The translations under genes and the position numbers were made by a program. Below the pieces are notes generated by a model. The model made no database searches and was not told where the DNA came from. It worked only from the letters and a program-made list of their open reading frames with translations. A stretch of DNA of 63,913 nt, filler included, from Stramenopiles sp. TOSAG23-2 (taxonomy: Eukaryota): the NCBI GenBank assembly GCA_900128395.1. It is 3 parts of 3 records of this genome, joined end to end, with 100 filler letters (N's around TTAATTAATTAA, not from the genome) between each part and the next. Parts side by side here need not be neighbours in the genome. Positions count along the whole stretch, not along the records: positions 23,000 to 45,878 come from LT649500.1; positions 45,979 to 63,913 come from LT649618.1; 1 more part is not named here. One strand, written 5' to 3'. Position 1 is the first letter of the stretch, and every line of letters begins with the position of its first letter. Shown here piece by piece: positions 33,728 to 46,949 of the stretch.

Positions 33728-36700
33728 CTTACCTTCACCTTTTGCAGGTGATGTTTTTGTCAATTTTAATTGCCCCGTTTCTGTGTTTATGACGAAAACT
33801 GTAGATGGGTCAAAACTAAAATATGGCAATGACGGCAACAAACGTCGTTTGCACGAGCTCGACGGGTTGCAAAGTAATGAAAAACTTAAAGTTCCACCTT
33901 CGGGGTCGCGAACAGCATATTTATACGGTGTACCCACAGTGCTCCCGGAATTAATTCCACTTGTAAAAAAAATAGTACTGTTTAGTACACCTTGCGTATA
34001 TACCGGCCGTTCATTCACGTTTCTAATTTGGATATCCACAGTTGCGGTATCATACAGGGAATACCTAAATTATGTCCATAAGCAAGTTGTTTTATTGGGT
34101 TTAAAGGGGTTAGTAAGTTGTTCATCTACGATAGATATATCAAGATTTTAAAAACGAAAATATTCAGAAATAAATAGACCGCATATGCAATAGTAAGGAA
34201 ACTTACCTATCTCTTACTCTAAGGAGAATAGAAAAACTTTTTTCTTGTTCAAAATCCAAGCTTGTCCCCCCAGCATCGATTATTAAATGCGTAGAGAAAT
34301 CATCGCTTGTTAAGGAAACCATTGGCACCCTGACATAATCTTTAGGCCAATCCGTGCATTTTGTTTGTAAAGTCGGACCGCAAGGATTCATATCCGTTGA
34401 GAACACACTCCCACTATTCGGCACGTACCATGTAATATCTTCAAACGGGTCAGGATCCGCACAAGTTATTGGCGGACCAAATATAATGTCCCCAATGTTT
34501 GCATTTTCGTATATATACCGTTGATTGTTAACATCAGAAATGACTGGGCGTTCAAACTCGTTTTTTACTGTGATTACAACATGCGTTTCTACAACATGTG
34601 TTGGAGTGCCTATATCTATAACTTTGACAATAAGATCATACATCGCTTTTGTTTCATAATCTAGCGAATCACCAATGAGGTACAGTTGCCCATTGGTGCA
34701 TGTCTCGCAGTCAGAAATACCAAAAGGTCCCCCGGTTACAGAATATGTTGTAGATGATGTGCGATCAGCATCAAAACCGTAGACCACCATTGGGATTTCG
34801 TTTTTTTGTATACCATTTTTATATGGTCCCAAACCGTTTTCCTCAAACACCTGCCCATGCGCTAGTTTCTCGCTTAAAAGAAATTGAAAATTGAACATCG
34901 TTATTGGTTCATTTACGTCCTGGACATAAATAGCTACGTTACCTTCACACTCTAAAAGCGGATCGTCGTATGCCTGAGCAGTAATTGAAAATACATAGAT
35001 ATTGTAAGCTTCATAATCCAATCTTTTGTTAGACGAAGTTACATCATGAACATACAGTTCCCCGGTTGTTCTTTTAATTCTAAATAAATCTCCATGTTCA
35101 ATTTCTGGTGGCGTAAAATATCCCGCTGTCGATTCCAATGATGGGATCAATCCATGAATTATCGAATATAACTTACAATAATTTACTTCGTCAGATATTC
35201 CACGAATTGTATTAAAGTCCCATGCAACGCATGTATTAAGTGATTCTCCGCACCTAGTAGCACAAGCGCTAAGATTTTGTATATTGTTGCTTTTATTATC
35301 CATCAACACTGTTCCGTTGACCTTTTCCCATTTTCTAATATGCCATGACTTTAACGTTCCACAAACTATACCATTTTGTGTAGTAAACGCGTCATTCGCA
35401 TTATCATAGTAAATCCAGCAAGCGCCTGCATCAGTTTTACAAGCTGCAGCATCATTGTACAATTTGCAAGTTGAATGATTAAATTCCCAACTTTTGCATT
35501 GTTTTTGCCAGTCGCATTTTCGCTGACATGTTTCTTTGGAAGATATGGCGTGATACACTCCATTTTGCAACAACCTGTCTTGGCCTAAGTTACATCCATT
35601 AGCATTGATGTTTTCCATAAATAACCTGCCTGTGACATCATTTGGATCACTCATTCTATACGTTATATAAGGACTCTCACCAGCAGTATTATCTAACATC
35701 GCCGCTTCATATTTTCCCAGATTATTGCTAAGACTAGTACCGCGTATGGAATTTTCTTGGACATAATAACTTCGGAGTTCAACCATTCGGGGACAGGATG
35801 GGCTTTCATTTACATTCAAGATAAAAATATCTACGTAACTATTGACATACACTTTACTTGACTGCACTTGTGTTAAGGTTTGCGGATGCGTCGAATTTTT
35901 CCATTTATAAATATTTCCATCATCGTTTACTACAATTTGAAGTGTGTAAACAGTTATGTCTTCATAATCAAAATATGGCCCTTTTGCATACAGCTGCCTG
36001 GAGATACCGTCTAAAGAGAAATAACGATTATAGTTTGTCAAGTTGACGTAAAATGATTGTTTTTGAGCATTTTCAATTCCATGTGTAACGCCGTGATTGT
36101 CAGGATCATCTATTGCCAAAGGATGCCCAACTGTATCAATTTCCATCGTCCCACCGAAATAGTAGACGACAAACCCATCTTTCATCTTCTCTGGCTTAAA
36201 TTGATTCTCAGCATAGGCAGATACGAGAATAGAAAAGTTAGACGGTGTTGGGGGTGGGCTCGTAAGTACTTTGAATGGGCCATAATGAATGTCATTGTTT
36301 GCCGATTGAAATCGTACCCACCTTTTTCTTATGTCATCATACGGATACAACTTTACATCTTCGTGCCTTATAGTATAAATAATATTGTGGTTACTATCTA
36401 TACTCTGGATCACGATGCCTAATGTGGATAAAATGGAACTCGGGTTTGGTGACCATGTCGACTCATTTAAATAGATACGCTTTGTTGCTAATACCGGCGG
36501 CTCGTTAACGTCAAGGATATAGATGTGTACGTTTATCACGTCATGCAATGGCATTTTGTGATCATCCACCACGCGAACAGCGATGGAAAAATTGTTAAGT
36601 AATTCGAAATTCATTGCTGATGATACTTCTAATTGCCCAGAACATCTATTAATATGCAACTTCATATTTTCGTGCTGTTCTGCGATATCAAACAAAAGAC

Positions 36701-39700
36701 TTTGCTCAACATCTGGATCATAAACTGGTATAGGCTCTCCAATCAATGAATATTCGTCGCTGTTTTCATTTATATAACGTACATTATCTAAAGCAAGCGG
36801 AATTACAGAAGTATCATACCCTATCATAGGGGCTTCATTTGAATCAATTATTTCAATTTCCAACTCGCCTTCAACAAATGCAGTCGTTAAATCCGACACT
36901 TTCATATGAAGCCTGTAACTAGGTTTTGATAAGTAAGATAGCGGCGATGCGGAAATATTTCGCCATCGTAACTTTATCATTGTTTCTCCACCAAGAGGTG
37001 ATAAATTTTCATGATCTGAATCCACATTAAACACACGCGATCCGTATATTCTTAATGAATTGAGTTTTAAAGTCTTATCTTCCACTTTTTCGTAACAGTG
37101 GTAAACAGTTGAGGATAATATGTAATCAATTCCTACGTTGCCTGTCTTCCAAAACGAGCAATACCCATTGTCAATCTGAAAATTGAATGCTTTGCACTCG
37201 GGGTGCACAGAACATGTTTCTTTACATTCTTGTAAGTTTAACGATTCAAGAGCCGTTTGTTGTCCAAAATACGAATTTGTACCATCTGCCCAAGTAGTCT
37301 CAATATTGCTGCCCCCGCAATCAGAATTGCTGTGCATTTCCCAAATCCAATCGTTGCATGCTTGATCATTAAAATATAGGATAATATTTTTCGTCACTAT
37401 TACGTTGTTTGAAAAATCAATTATACTATCCATCCGATTATTTATATTACAATTCAAAGGACCGCTCTCGTAAATGGTTACTTCTTCTGTGTTATCGAAA
37501 TAAGAGGAGGGCAAATGATCGTACTGGGCTTTAATTACTATACGCGTTGGGGAATTATGACTTACCCAATGCAATTCTATCCTTGTGAATTCTAGCACTT
37601 TTGTCAAGTCGATTTTAATCCATGCATTGGAAGACGCACTTTGCCAATATTTTTCAGCATCCCACACCTTGATATTTTCTATCAAATTGTTATAGCTTGA
37701 GAAACTTTGCGAGGATGCCACAATAGCATCTATTGCTAAATCTTGTGCTTCTTCCAGTGTTATTTCAAATTGTAATGTCGACAAACCTTGGTCAGTTTCT
37801 TGATCTGGGTCTGCTGCTGAGATTATACCAACATCACTACCCATGTTTAAATTTTCAACTATTTGAAATTTATTGAAACCTGTAAAATATGGCTTGTCAT
37901 TTTCATCTACAATTTGAATTTGCAATTCTCCTATTACAAATAAACCAAGCGCATCTGTAGCGCGAATCGTAATCGTATAAAAAGACTGGACCTCAAAATC
38001 AAATTGAAAAGTAGTACTTGGAAGAACTTTTGATATCGAATCAAATTGTTGATAAATACGAACATCGTATACCAAAATAATGCGTTCTTGGATGCAAGAA
38101 TTAGATATGTACACGGCGCCGCTTGTAACTTTGTTCGCGCCAACATATACATCGATATATTGTAGCGTCCACGATGTTAAAGTTGGTGAAGGGCGTAGTA
38201 TGAAGTCATTTGACGATTGCAAGATGCTTCCCTCTCTATCCCACAAACCAACGGCCATTAAACCAGGATCGCGGTCATTCCATGGATGAGACACTTTAAC
38301 CCATGCTTCGAGGCGTATCGTTTCTGTAAGAGGTGGTTTGAATTTTTGCACAGGCCGAAGTTCGATGGACGAGTCACATTGACTTTTCACATAATTTTCC
38401 CCCTGGTGTATATTGTCATCACCAATGATTAGACCTCTATTAGCATTAAATTTATAAGCAGTGATTGGAAATGGCATCGGTGACTTTGGCGGCAAAATAT
38501 CTTCCCGTGACCACAAGCCACATGGAAATGCGTTTGGTCTACACCACCGCATTGTCGTCATTGCTTCATTGTTATCATCATAAAGCACTAATTTTGAAAT
38601 AGAAAACGCATAGTGTTGTTGCAACTTCCGTTGTCCTGAATTGGACATGCGATTTCCTCCATACGAAGGCCGTTCTGGATAAATATCAAATAAAGGCTGG
38701 AGACCCAACGTGTGACCATTCATAAAATCTATACGAACTCGATCATCGTGGTCAACATCATACACTCTTACGCTATTCAATTCATAATTTATTTCTCTAT
38801 GTAATTCCATATAATCTAGATGGAGAACTGGAAGTATGACATCCCCTGTTTTCCAAACTGTGAAAATTATGTAATTTTCCACATTTTTTAACAAGGTAAT
38901 ATCTACTGCCTTTGATATAACCCATTCGTTCGAAAATGGTAATTTCAGTTCGTGCATCTTTCCATCCGTGGTTGAAACATGCACTTTCAAATATGCGATG
39001 ATGCTTGGTGTAAGGATTCTATACCTAAACCTCATTTTCAACGTTGATGTATGCATCATTATGGATTTCGGAAAGGTCCATTTTAATTCACTATTAAGAT
39101 GATCAAATTTAAAATAAGAGCCAAAATAAGCTTTGCTGATAGGAAATGTGTTTTGTAAAGTATTCATTTGGAAAAATAATCGAGTTGTTTCACCATTGTT
39201 TTGCTCAAAAATGCACGAGCTAAGTAAAGAGCAATTGCTTGTATCAGCCTGATAGGCGAAGTAATGGCAATTAATGTCTCCAAGGCATAATTGAAAGCAG
39301 TGTTCTATGCTGTTTATCGGAGTTAAAGACTGCAAGGCATACCACCAATTAGTATTATATCCTTTGCACAACTGGTTGTCCAAGTAACGATAAAAGTGTT
39401 TTGGACTAAAGGAGTTACCGTAAACAACAGTTCCAGAGCTCGCAAGTAAGCGTTCTTCCGGCAAAGATGCACTGTAAAGCCTTTCGTACCAATTGTCAAA
39501 AAGCTCGATATATGACACCGACGGTCCTATACCCAGACCGCTCCATATTAACTTGATTGTATACGTGTAATTGTTTGTTTGTACTGTTTGTTTGTTTAAA
39601 AACACAATGCGATATGGCTCAGATAGTTTCGGGGATGAAGATGTTTCTTTAAACTCTATTGTTTCATCGGTTAATACACCGTTTACTTCGATTTGTAAGC

Positions 39701-42700
39701 CGCAACTGTTATAACAACTTGCTGTATTATCGTATGCCACCCGTAGCCAATTACTTGGAGGTACGGTATTTTCGCCGCTGTGCCATGTAGCCACAATGTC
39801 CCATACCGCAGCTGTTGTTCCAGTGACACTTCCAAATATGATTTTTCCACCTATCAAAGACGTGATTGTGCCGTCAAGACTCGCTTCGGCTGCGGTATAA
39901 ATACGCAAGTAATTACGCTTTCCGATGCCAGGGGAACCCGCAAGAAGGTTGAATAATGAATTTGAATTTCTATTCTCTGGTAGCTCTGGGCATGCAACTA
40001 ATGATTTATCTTTTGGGCATAGTTTTACAAACATTGGAGGTTCATTGACGTCTAAAAGTTGCACTCGAATAGATACATGGGCATCAAGGCCACTTGCGTC
40101 TGTCACTGTCACAATGAAACCAAAACTTGGATTTGTTTCATAATCGAGTGTGCCATGAGGACCACCGCGTATATCCGAGGCAATACTTACTCTCCCTGTA
40201 TTGTATTCAACCTTGAAAATATCAGACATAGACAGATCTGCCTCATCTTGCTCCAGCTCGACGTTGTTTATACATGCTTCACTGACAAATCCCGTATCCT
40301 CTGCATGTAGTGTTGCAAACCCAATTTCATTCAATCCTGTAATCGGAGAGGTAGTGGCATGGCGAAATATTGTATTTTCACCAACAGTTTCACCCGCTCC
40401 AAATGAAATTTCTCCAAAATTTACAGACCCAGCTAGCTGCATCGGTGTTTCATTACCACTATCCAAAAAGAAACGAATTTCATTAACTTGCACTCGATTA
40501 CAAGTCGATGGCCCTTGATTTTTTCTAAATTCAGGGATACCCACTTCCATTATCTGAATGCGATATTGTGCAAAAGGTTTTGGGGAATTGCTGGTTACAT
40601 GTGGAAATCCAGAATACGGAGAGTAGTATTCATGTACGCAGCCATTTGCAATACTTACGTTCTCCTTTTTTATAAACAACAGTGATTTCCACGATGAAGT
40701 ATTTTCTCCTGATTTTCCTTCCAACACATATGAGTATGGAAAGCGCTGTAATGATGATGAGAACATTTGCATTCCAAAAAGTTTAATTTCCGTGTCAAGA
40801 GTGACTTCTATCCACGAATGAGTGCCATTACATTCTGACAGATAATAAGTATCCAACTTTCGATCGAATGCCGCACCAGGACCAAATTCTGTACTATCTA
40901 TACCAGCATTGTCATCCAGATTGAATGCTTTTCTAGAGGTATGAAACGATGCGGGAAATGGCATTTCCACCTTTATCCAATAATGGCTTGGGAAATGCAT
41001 ATCGATCAATGCATGTCTATTCGAATTCATTGACGAAAATATTTTCTCTTCATTTAGCTGGTTATTAAAATTGTTCAGTCCATCATGTAAGATTTTTGAT
41101 TTTGTCATCTCCACTTTATCAAAATATTTCCCACTTCCAATGGTGATGCTATATTGCGTGCGATGCGAGAATCTATCTGTTCCGATCTTAAACATTTTTC
41201 CATCATTTGTAATCATTTTAGAAAATAGGCGCATGTTCACAGGACCAGACGAACGAATATTGAAAAAGAGAACAAATGTTCCTGTATTATGAGAATTTAA
41301 ACTCGATTTAATAGGAATAAGCGCATGCTGCCTGTTATCTAGATTAAAACTCCAGCATGATGTTACCTCGAACGTGCCTTTGCTTTTTAAGCTTCCGGCA
41401 CGGTACATTGCAAAAGTATGTGTTTCCCCAACATCGTCATCCTCAAACGCGTTGTCAACAGCAAGACTCCCAATCACCACCTCTCCACCATTTGCATTTT
41501 CTTCTATTTTGTAATAATTTTTAGATGACAAGATTGACGATGGAGGATCATTCTCATCAAGAATATTAAAAGAGATAGAAGTAATATCTTTTAATCCAAA
41601 TATATCAGAACACTCTATGTTTAATGTGACTGCTTTGTTTTCAAAACTTTCGAAATTGAAAGGAATCAGCATTCGTATGACATAGTCCATAGAACGCGCC
41701 GCAGTCGACACTGGTGGCAGCTGTGCTCCGGCGTCAACTCGCATATTGTATATTACTTCTTGCCTCTTCGACAAAAGATTGTTGTCTTTCCATTTTATTA
41801 TATCAAATGCGTTCCGAATAACGTTCTCATTTACATTTTCTTCACCAATATGATAACTTTTTATATTTAATACTAACTCGTTCGCTCCTTCCATCTCATC
41901 TGGGTCTACTAGCTCTATATGGCCAAGTGTCACATAAATTGCACTTTGTTCTGGTATACCCCACGTATCGGATTTAATATCTGAAAATCGTGGTGCTTCG
42001 TTTCTATTTGCAACGTAAATTTCAAGTTCACATTGTCGGGATTCTGACCCAGGTCCGTCGTCCTCAGCACTAATAGTTATCTCATATGCAGCTCTTTTAA
42101 CTTCGTGGTATTTTATATTTGATGCGATGGACACCAATTCTGCCTCGCAGCAAGTTGCCTTGCCTGTCATTGTCAATCCACCATCCCCATGCAAACATTC
42201 GCTGCAAGATAAAAACTCCGGCCAAGGAGTACTAAATACGAAGGTGTTACTAAGTAAAGAACTTAATCGAATGTTTTGAACATTATTATTGAAATCTTGC
42301 ATCGAATCTTTTACGTTAATAGTATATACATTATTTAAAATTACGCCACCTTGTTCAGGGTTTCCTTGAACGTCGTATTCCAAGATGGAACGAGGAAGAT
42401 CGCAATCAAGAAATGCTGGCGGGTAATTAGCATCTTGCAACACTATCGCCACCAATACGATGCTAGTTACGATACTATCGCTGACGGAAACGTTTAATTG
42501 GTACTCTAGATCGCCTAAATCTTTGAGCGTATGGCTATGACCTTCGTTCGCTTCAACATAAAATTTTATTGTTCGTTCGAATTGTAATATACTAAAAATG
42601 TTGGAGTTACCGTTTGAATCAATTCCTGGCATCTCCCACTCCACGCTTGATCCATGCGGCCTACTTTTCTGATAGATGATGGAAAATACTAATATATCTT

Positions 42701-45700
42701 CGACATCTTCATCCGTGGCAATTATAGTTGCTCCTGTGTATTGGCCATATCGACTACTTGCACGCGCAGAAAGGCAGATACTGGATACTACGAGAAGCTC
42801 ATCGCAGCGATTTTCATTTCCATTGTCATCATTTCNNNNNNNNNNNNNNNNNNNNNNNNNNNNNNNNNNNNNNNNNNNNNNNNNNNNNNNNNNNNNNNNN
42901 NNNNNNNNNNNNNNNNNNNNATTGGAATAACAAACGAAGGAGGGTCGTTTCTATCTTGGATTAAAATGTTTATCATAAGGGTTGATGATAGACCTCCTGC
43001 ATCAAATACTTTAATCTCAATCAAATATGAGTTTGAAACCTCGTAGTTCAATGCTATATGGTCAGATAATTTTAAATCAAATTTGTAAGGATTACTACAT
43101 TGTAATTGTTCTTGTTGCACCTGTGTGTTTATGAATATATTGCAGTCGACAAGCGAATTAAAAACCGCATCAAAAGTATCTGTCACTGCAAATTTATTGT
43201 TACAATACACGAAATAACCCAAATTTGGCTGTGAGATACACGTCCATGTATCTGTATTTCCGTTCATGATTTGAATATCATTAAATATACTTGGTGGATC
43301 CGAAGACAGTACAGTTATATGTTCTGATCCTTTGTACGTTCGCTTGTTGATATCGTTGTCTCCATCATGCACGTTTAAACTTTGAATATGATATTCGTTA
43401 GTAGTATGATTATATTCTGTATTTAAATATGCCCCGTTAAAGTTTTCCGCGACGTAAAAAATGCTTCCAGATATTATATTTGGTGGTTCATTCACATCCA
43501 AAATCAAAATAGTAAATGTGAATGCATCTGTTAGACCACCAGTGTCCGTAACAACGATCGATAAAGTATATTGCTGTTCAATTTCAAAGTCTGTAGTGGT
43601 CATCACTTTTAAATATTGTGATGTGGAACTCAAAGAAAATATCGAATTCCCAGATGCTGGGTATATGTTTGGCAAAGAAAACATAAGGGTATTTACCTCA
43701 TCTGATATATCATTATCGCTGGCAAAAGTATGCAAGTCGATCAACGTCGATGCAACCTGACCTTCATTAATATGAACTATATGAGACGTGCTTGTTGTGC
43801 AGGAAGATGTGCATCCAGGCAATAACATCCGGTTCTTCGATAGAATTATTCTATGGAGTGTACCTTTGAATTTCCAACCCCAGACATCGCCAAATGTAAT
43901 ATCACCGTTGTCGTATATATCGCCATCAACAGTTGCAATTAGTGCACCAGTAGTACTTTCGATGCCGTTCACAAAAACTTGAATCTTCCTTCCACCAGTA
44001 ACTTTTTCGACAATTATTGTCCTGCGAGTTTGTTCATCTAAATTGACTTTCGGATATGCAAAATTCTTTTCACCCAAGTTGGTCCCATCTGCCATTCTAA
44101 TCTGAAGTGATGCAGAGGATTCCAAGTGCCCAATCGAGAAACCAATGGTAGAGGCATTTTCCACATGATGTTGAAATTTTAAAGGCGAATGCGAAAAAGG
44201 ATACGTTTCATCAGATGGTGTAGTTTCAATATGAAGAACGAACCTATCGCCATTTAAAACGTCTTTTATTGCCTCAGTATCCGTTGAAATATCATAATTG
44301 GTGGAACTTAAGGCTATATCATTGTGAACCAACATATTGTTGACAAGAAAATTTGGCGGTTCATTGATATCTAGCATTACAATGGTTACGGACGCTTCCA
44401 CACTTTCCATAGATCCTGGGTCACGTGATGTAATATCCCTTGCTTTGATGGACAATAAAAAAACACGTTGAGTTGTTTCGAAGTCAAAAATTGAAGCATC
44501 GTTTACTGCCAAAGTACAATCTGTTGCGTAAACATCAGCACTTGTCCCATCAGCCCATTTAAAAGGAACTTTTGAGCCATCGACAAGGTTTCCACTAATC
44601 ACCCTACATTCTATGGCATCATTCACATCTTCATCGTACACTTCAATTGCTGGAGGTACCAAAGTACCAGAAGAAGCGTGTTCATAAACAAAGCGCTCAA
44701 CAGCGTCAATTATTACAGGCCGTTCATTTTGATTAGTCAGTTCAATGTTAATACTGCCAATTGTATGAGCGCCATTTAAATCTTCTATTTTTAAGGCAAT
44801 GCTGTACGATGGAGAGGACTCAAAATTTAATGCCCCGAATGGCTTCTGGGAGAGGCACCACGAGTGACACCTTTCATCATTTGCATGACTAACCAAGGTC
44901 CATATACTTTCCCAATTTTCTGGCGTGGATAATTCAAAATCAACTGTAACTATATGAATTGTAGAGGTTTTTTCATACAGTGAAGCCACGTTAGACTCTG
45001 GGACATTTATTCTGTTTGTGCATCCCGTGTGGCTCTCACAGCGAGTACCAAATCGTCTATTTTCGTACCATGTGACCGCAACACAATTAATATTTTTAGC
45101 ACAAATACTTTGGCATTTTTGCAAGCTTGATTCGCCATTAAATTCACTAGTTGTCATAGCGTTTCCACTGCACGTGATATCATTTCCATACTTGATCATA
45201 GAGCCATCAATATCTACGTAAGCGATTGGTAATAGATTATCCACAGAATTTTCCAATAACGCATAATTATTGCCATGGAAAGATGGTCGGTCATTTCTAT
45301 TACGTAAATTTAAAGCAACGCCCCCATGTACGGGACGGAAGTACTTGNNNNNNNNNNNNNNNNNNNNNNNNNNNNNNNNNNNNNNNNNNNNNNNNNNNNN
45401 NNNNNNNNNNNNNNNNNNNNNNNNNNNNNNNNNNNNNNNNNNNNNNNNNNNNNNNNNNNNNNNNNCCTTATATCCATTGATGGTGGGTTTAATTTATATA
45501 TAATAACATTCGATCGCATTTGATAATTGGGGGCTCCAGCGTTAAAACAGCGTCTACTTTTACCATAAGCATTATTATCAAATGAATAACATGAAAACAT
45601 ATCGTAGTAATCATTGAACCATCTATATGCATTGTCTCCACCATCTCCTTCTTGATTCATGTCTTGTGTATCCATATGATCATGCAGCGACAGGGATGAC

Positions 45701-45776
45701 CATAATGAATTGGTAATGCAATCATCAATGGTTGCTGAAAAACAAAACTGATGGAAACTGGAGGTTAAACCCATCC
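23092..45776 (-). CDS. Giant nonagonal-type cadherin (cadherin repeats with inserted discoidin/PAN/lectin-like domains, about 13 IPT/TIG repeats, Cys-rich segment, 9 TM helices, Ser-rich tail); 5'-incomplete; exons 45776-34207 (two internal N gaps), 34064-33733, 33618-27424, 27218-26724, 26606-25671, 25465-24488, 24341-23092
   Basis: About 19 DxNExP-type linkers with LDYE/FDFE and DxD motifs; GxNFG repeats; nine hydrophobic segments. All six GT-AG introns restore the frame (e.g. VRDR|YSLYD, GPEC|ALRSLV, VILC|LAGIM). About 21.7 kb coding, roughly 7,250 aa visible. Confidence 0.88.
24342..24487 (-). other. Intron (146 nt, phase 1) of the cadherin gene
   Basis: T|GTAAGT...CTAAC...AAAAG|GC restores Cys-Leu-Ala-Gly. 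Confidence 0.85.
25466..25670 (-). other. Intron (205 nt, phase 1) of the cadherin gene
   Basis: T|GTAAGT...CGTAG|GC gives GPECALRSLVTYE. Confidence 0.8.
25531..25658. repeat. Diverged 64-bp tandem duplication inside an intron
   Basis: tagtggttattgaaatagattac... at 25531 and 25595 with a few substitutions. Confidence 0.9.
26607..26723 (-). other. Intron (117 nt, phase 1) of the cadherin gene
   Basis: T|GTAAGT...CACTAAC...TATAG|GC gives PPPECTKSKC. Confidence 0.8.
27219..27423 (-). other. Intron (205 nt, phase 1) of the cadherin gene
   Basis: G|GTAGGT...TACTAAC...AAAAG|GT gives DAQGGSKAGGFYLFFLGENFG (IPT motif). Confidence 0.85.
33619..33732 (-). other. Intron (114 nt, phase 1) of the cadherin gene
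   Basis: G|GTAAGA...CTAAC...ATAAG|GA gives GEGFVIGVRVSD. Confidence 0.85.
34065..34206 (-). other. Intron (142 nt, phase 2) of the cadherin gene
   Basis: AG|GTAAGT...TACTAAC...TTTAG|G gives LRVRDRYSLYDTATVDIQIRNVNERP (intact cadherin motif). Confidence 0.9.
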
Positions 45777-45878
45777 CTGATATTTAGTGTGAAACGTTTT
45801 TTAATATATATATACATACATATACATAATCGACAAAATATAGTGGTGTTAGTATACTATGTACATATAAGTAATAAT

Positions 45879-45978
45879 NNNNNNNNNNNNNNNNNNNNNN
45901 NNNNNNNNNNNNNNNNNNNNNNTTAATTAATTAANNNNNNNNNNNNNNNNNNNNNNNNNNNNNNNNNNNNNNNNNNNN
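45879..45978. other. Artificial contig spacer (N44-TTAATTAATTAA-N44)
   Basis: Same structure as the spacer at 22900. Confidence 0.95.
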
Positions 45979-46055
45979 TTTTGTTTAGTCGTTGGTGGAT
46001 AATTATCTTTCTCATTTTTGATATTCTTGCTTACTGCTGGTGCTGCACGTTTCAT
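45979..46055 (-). CDS. Possible 5' start of a gene cut by the contig end (MKRAAPAVSKNIKNEKDNYPPTTKQ)
   Basis: ATG after an AT-rich leader; open to the contig edge. Confidence 0.3.
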
Positions 46056-46686
46056 GTTGATATTATTTTTATTGTAACACACAGTTATGTTATTGTTTAA
46101 TGCAATATTATATAGAAGAATACGTTGCAGGCTTTCTCTATGTATGATATTGTTTATATAAATATCAATATATATATATATTATATTATATTATTTTTTC
46201 GTATATCAAAATGCTATAAATATTAATATAATGTTGAATGCTGTGAAAATTATATAATAATAATATATACACAACAACAATGCAAAACAAATATTCAACA
46301 AAAGTGAAATACAATTACAACAATATTCGATAATAAATATTGTTATCTCCAATAAAATATTATAAAATGATTCTGGTATCTCTTTATCTCTATTTTGTAT
46401 CTTTACTATATAACTTTCCACACACATCAGGCGGGCACATATTGCATTGTATGGCCCAAAGGATGCTTGTCCGTCGGGTCGATATACGTATATGGCATTA
46501 TTTTATGTCAATAAATTTATCGTATTTGTAATGTGTTTTATTTTAAATAGTTATAATAGGTATGACATAATTTATCATACATATGTCATATTTATTTCAC
46601 CCTTACTCTCACTTTATTTATCCTGCTATTCCTATGTAAGGGGAACTTAACTTATCTTTTTTTCATTGAGGAGGAAATTTATAATT

Positions 46687-46908
46687 TCCCGATATAAATT
46701 TTACTGTGCCGGCCAGTCACCGATTTTCGGTACAAATTTGTTGGTATACTTAAACACTATATTTACTATCAAATACACAAATTAATCGATTTCGAGTGTG
46801 AGTTTTGGATTAATTTGTGTATTTGATAGGTAATATAGTGTTTAAGTATACTAAAAAAATTGTACCGAAAATTTTCTACTGGCCGGCACAGTAAAAATTA
46901 TATCGGGA
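46687..46908. mobile_element. Foldback/MITE-like element, about 220 bp with about 100-bp imperfect inverted arms
   Basis: tcccgatataaatttttactgtgccggccagt...aattaatc is the near reverse complement of gattaatt...actggccggcacagtaaaaattatatcggga; no ORF. Confidence 0.75.
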
Positions 46909-46949
46909 TATATGTGCATATTTGCACATTTAATTCAATTATTTAAATA

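Noticed and set aside
42836-45465. Apparent frameshifts between cadherin ORFs
   Set aside because: They coincide with N gaps of estimated length; the frames are open right up to each gap.
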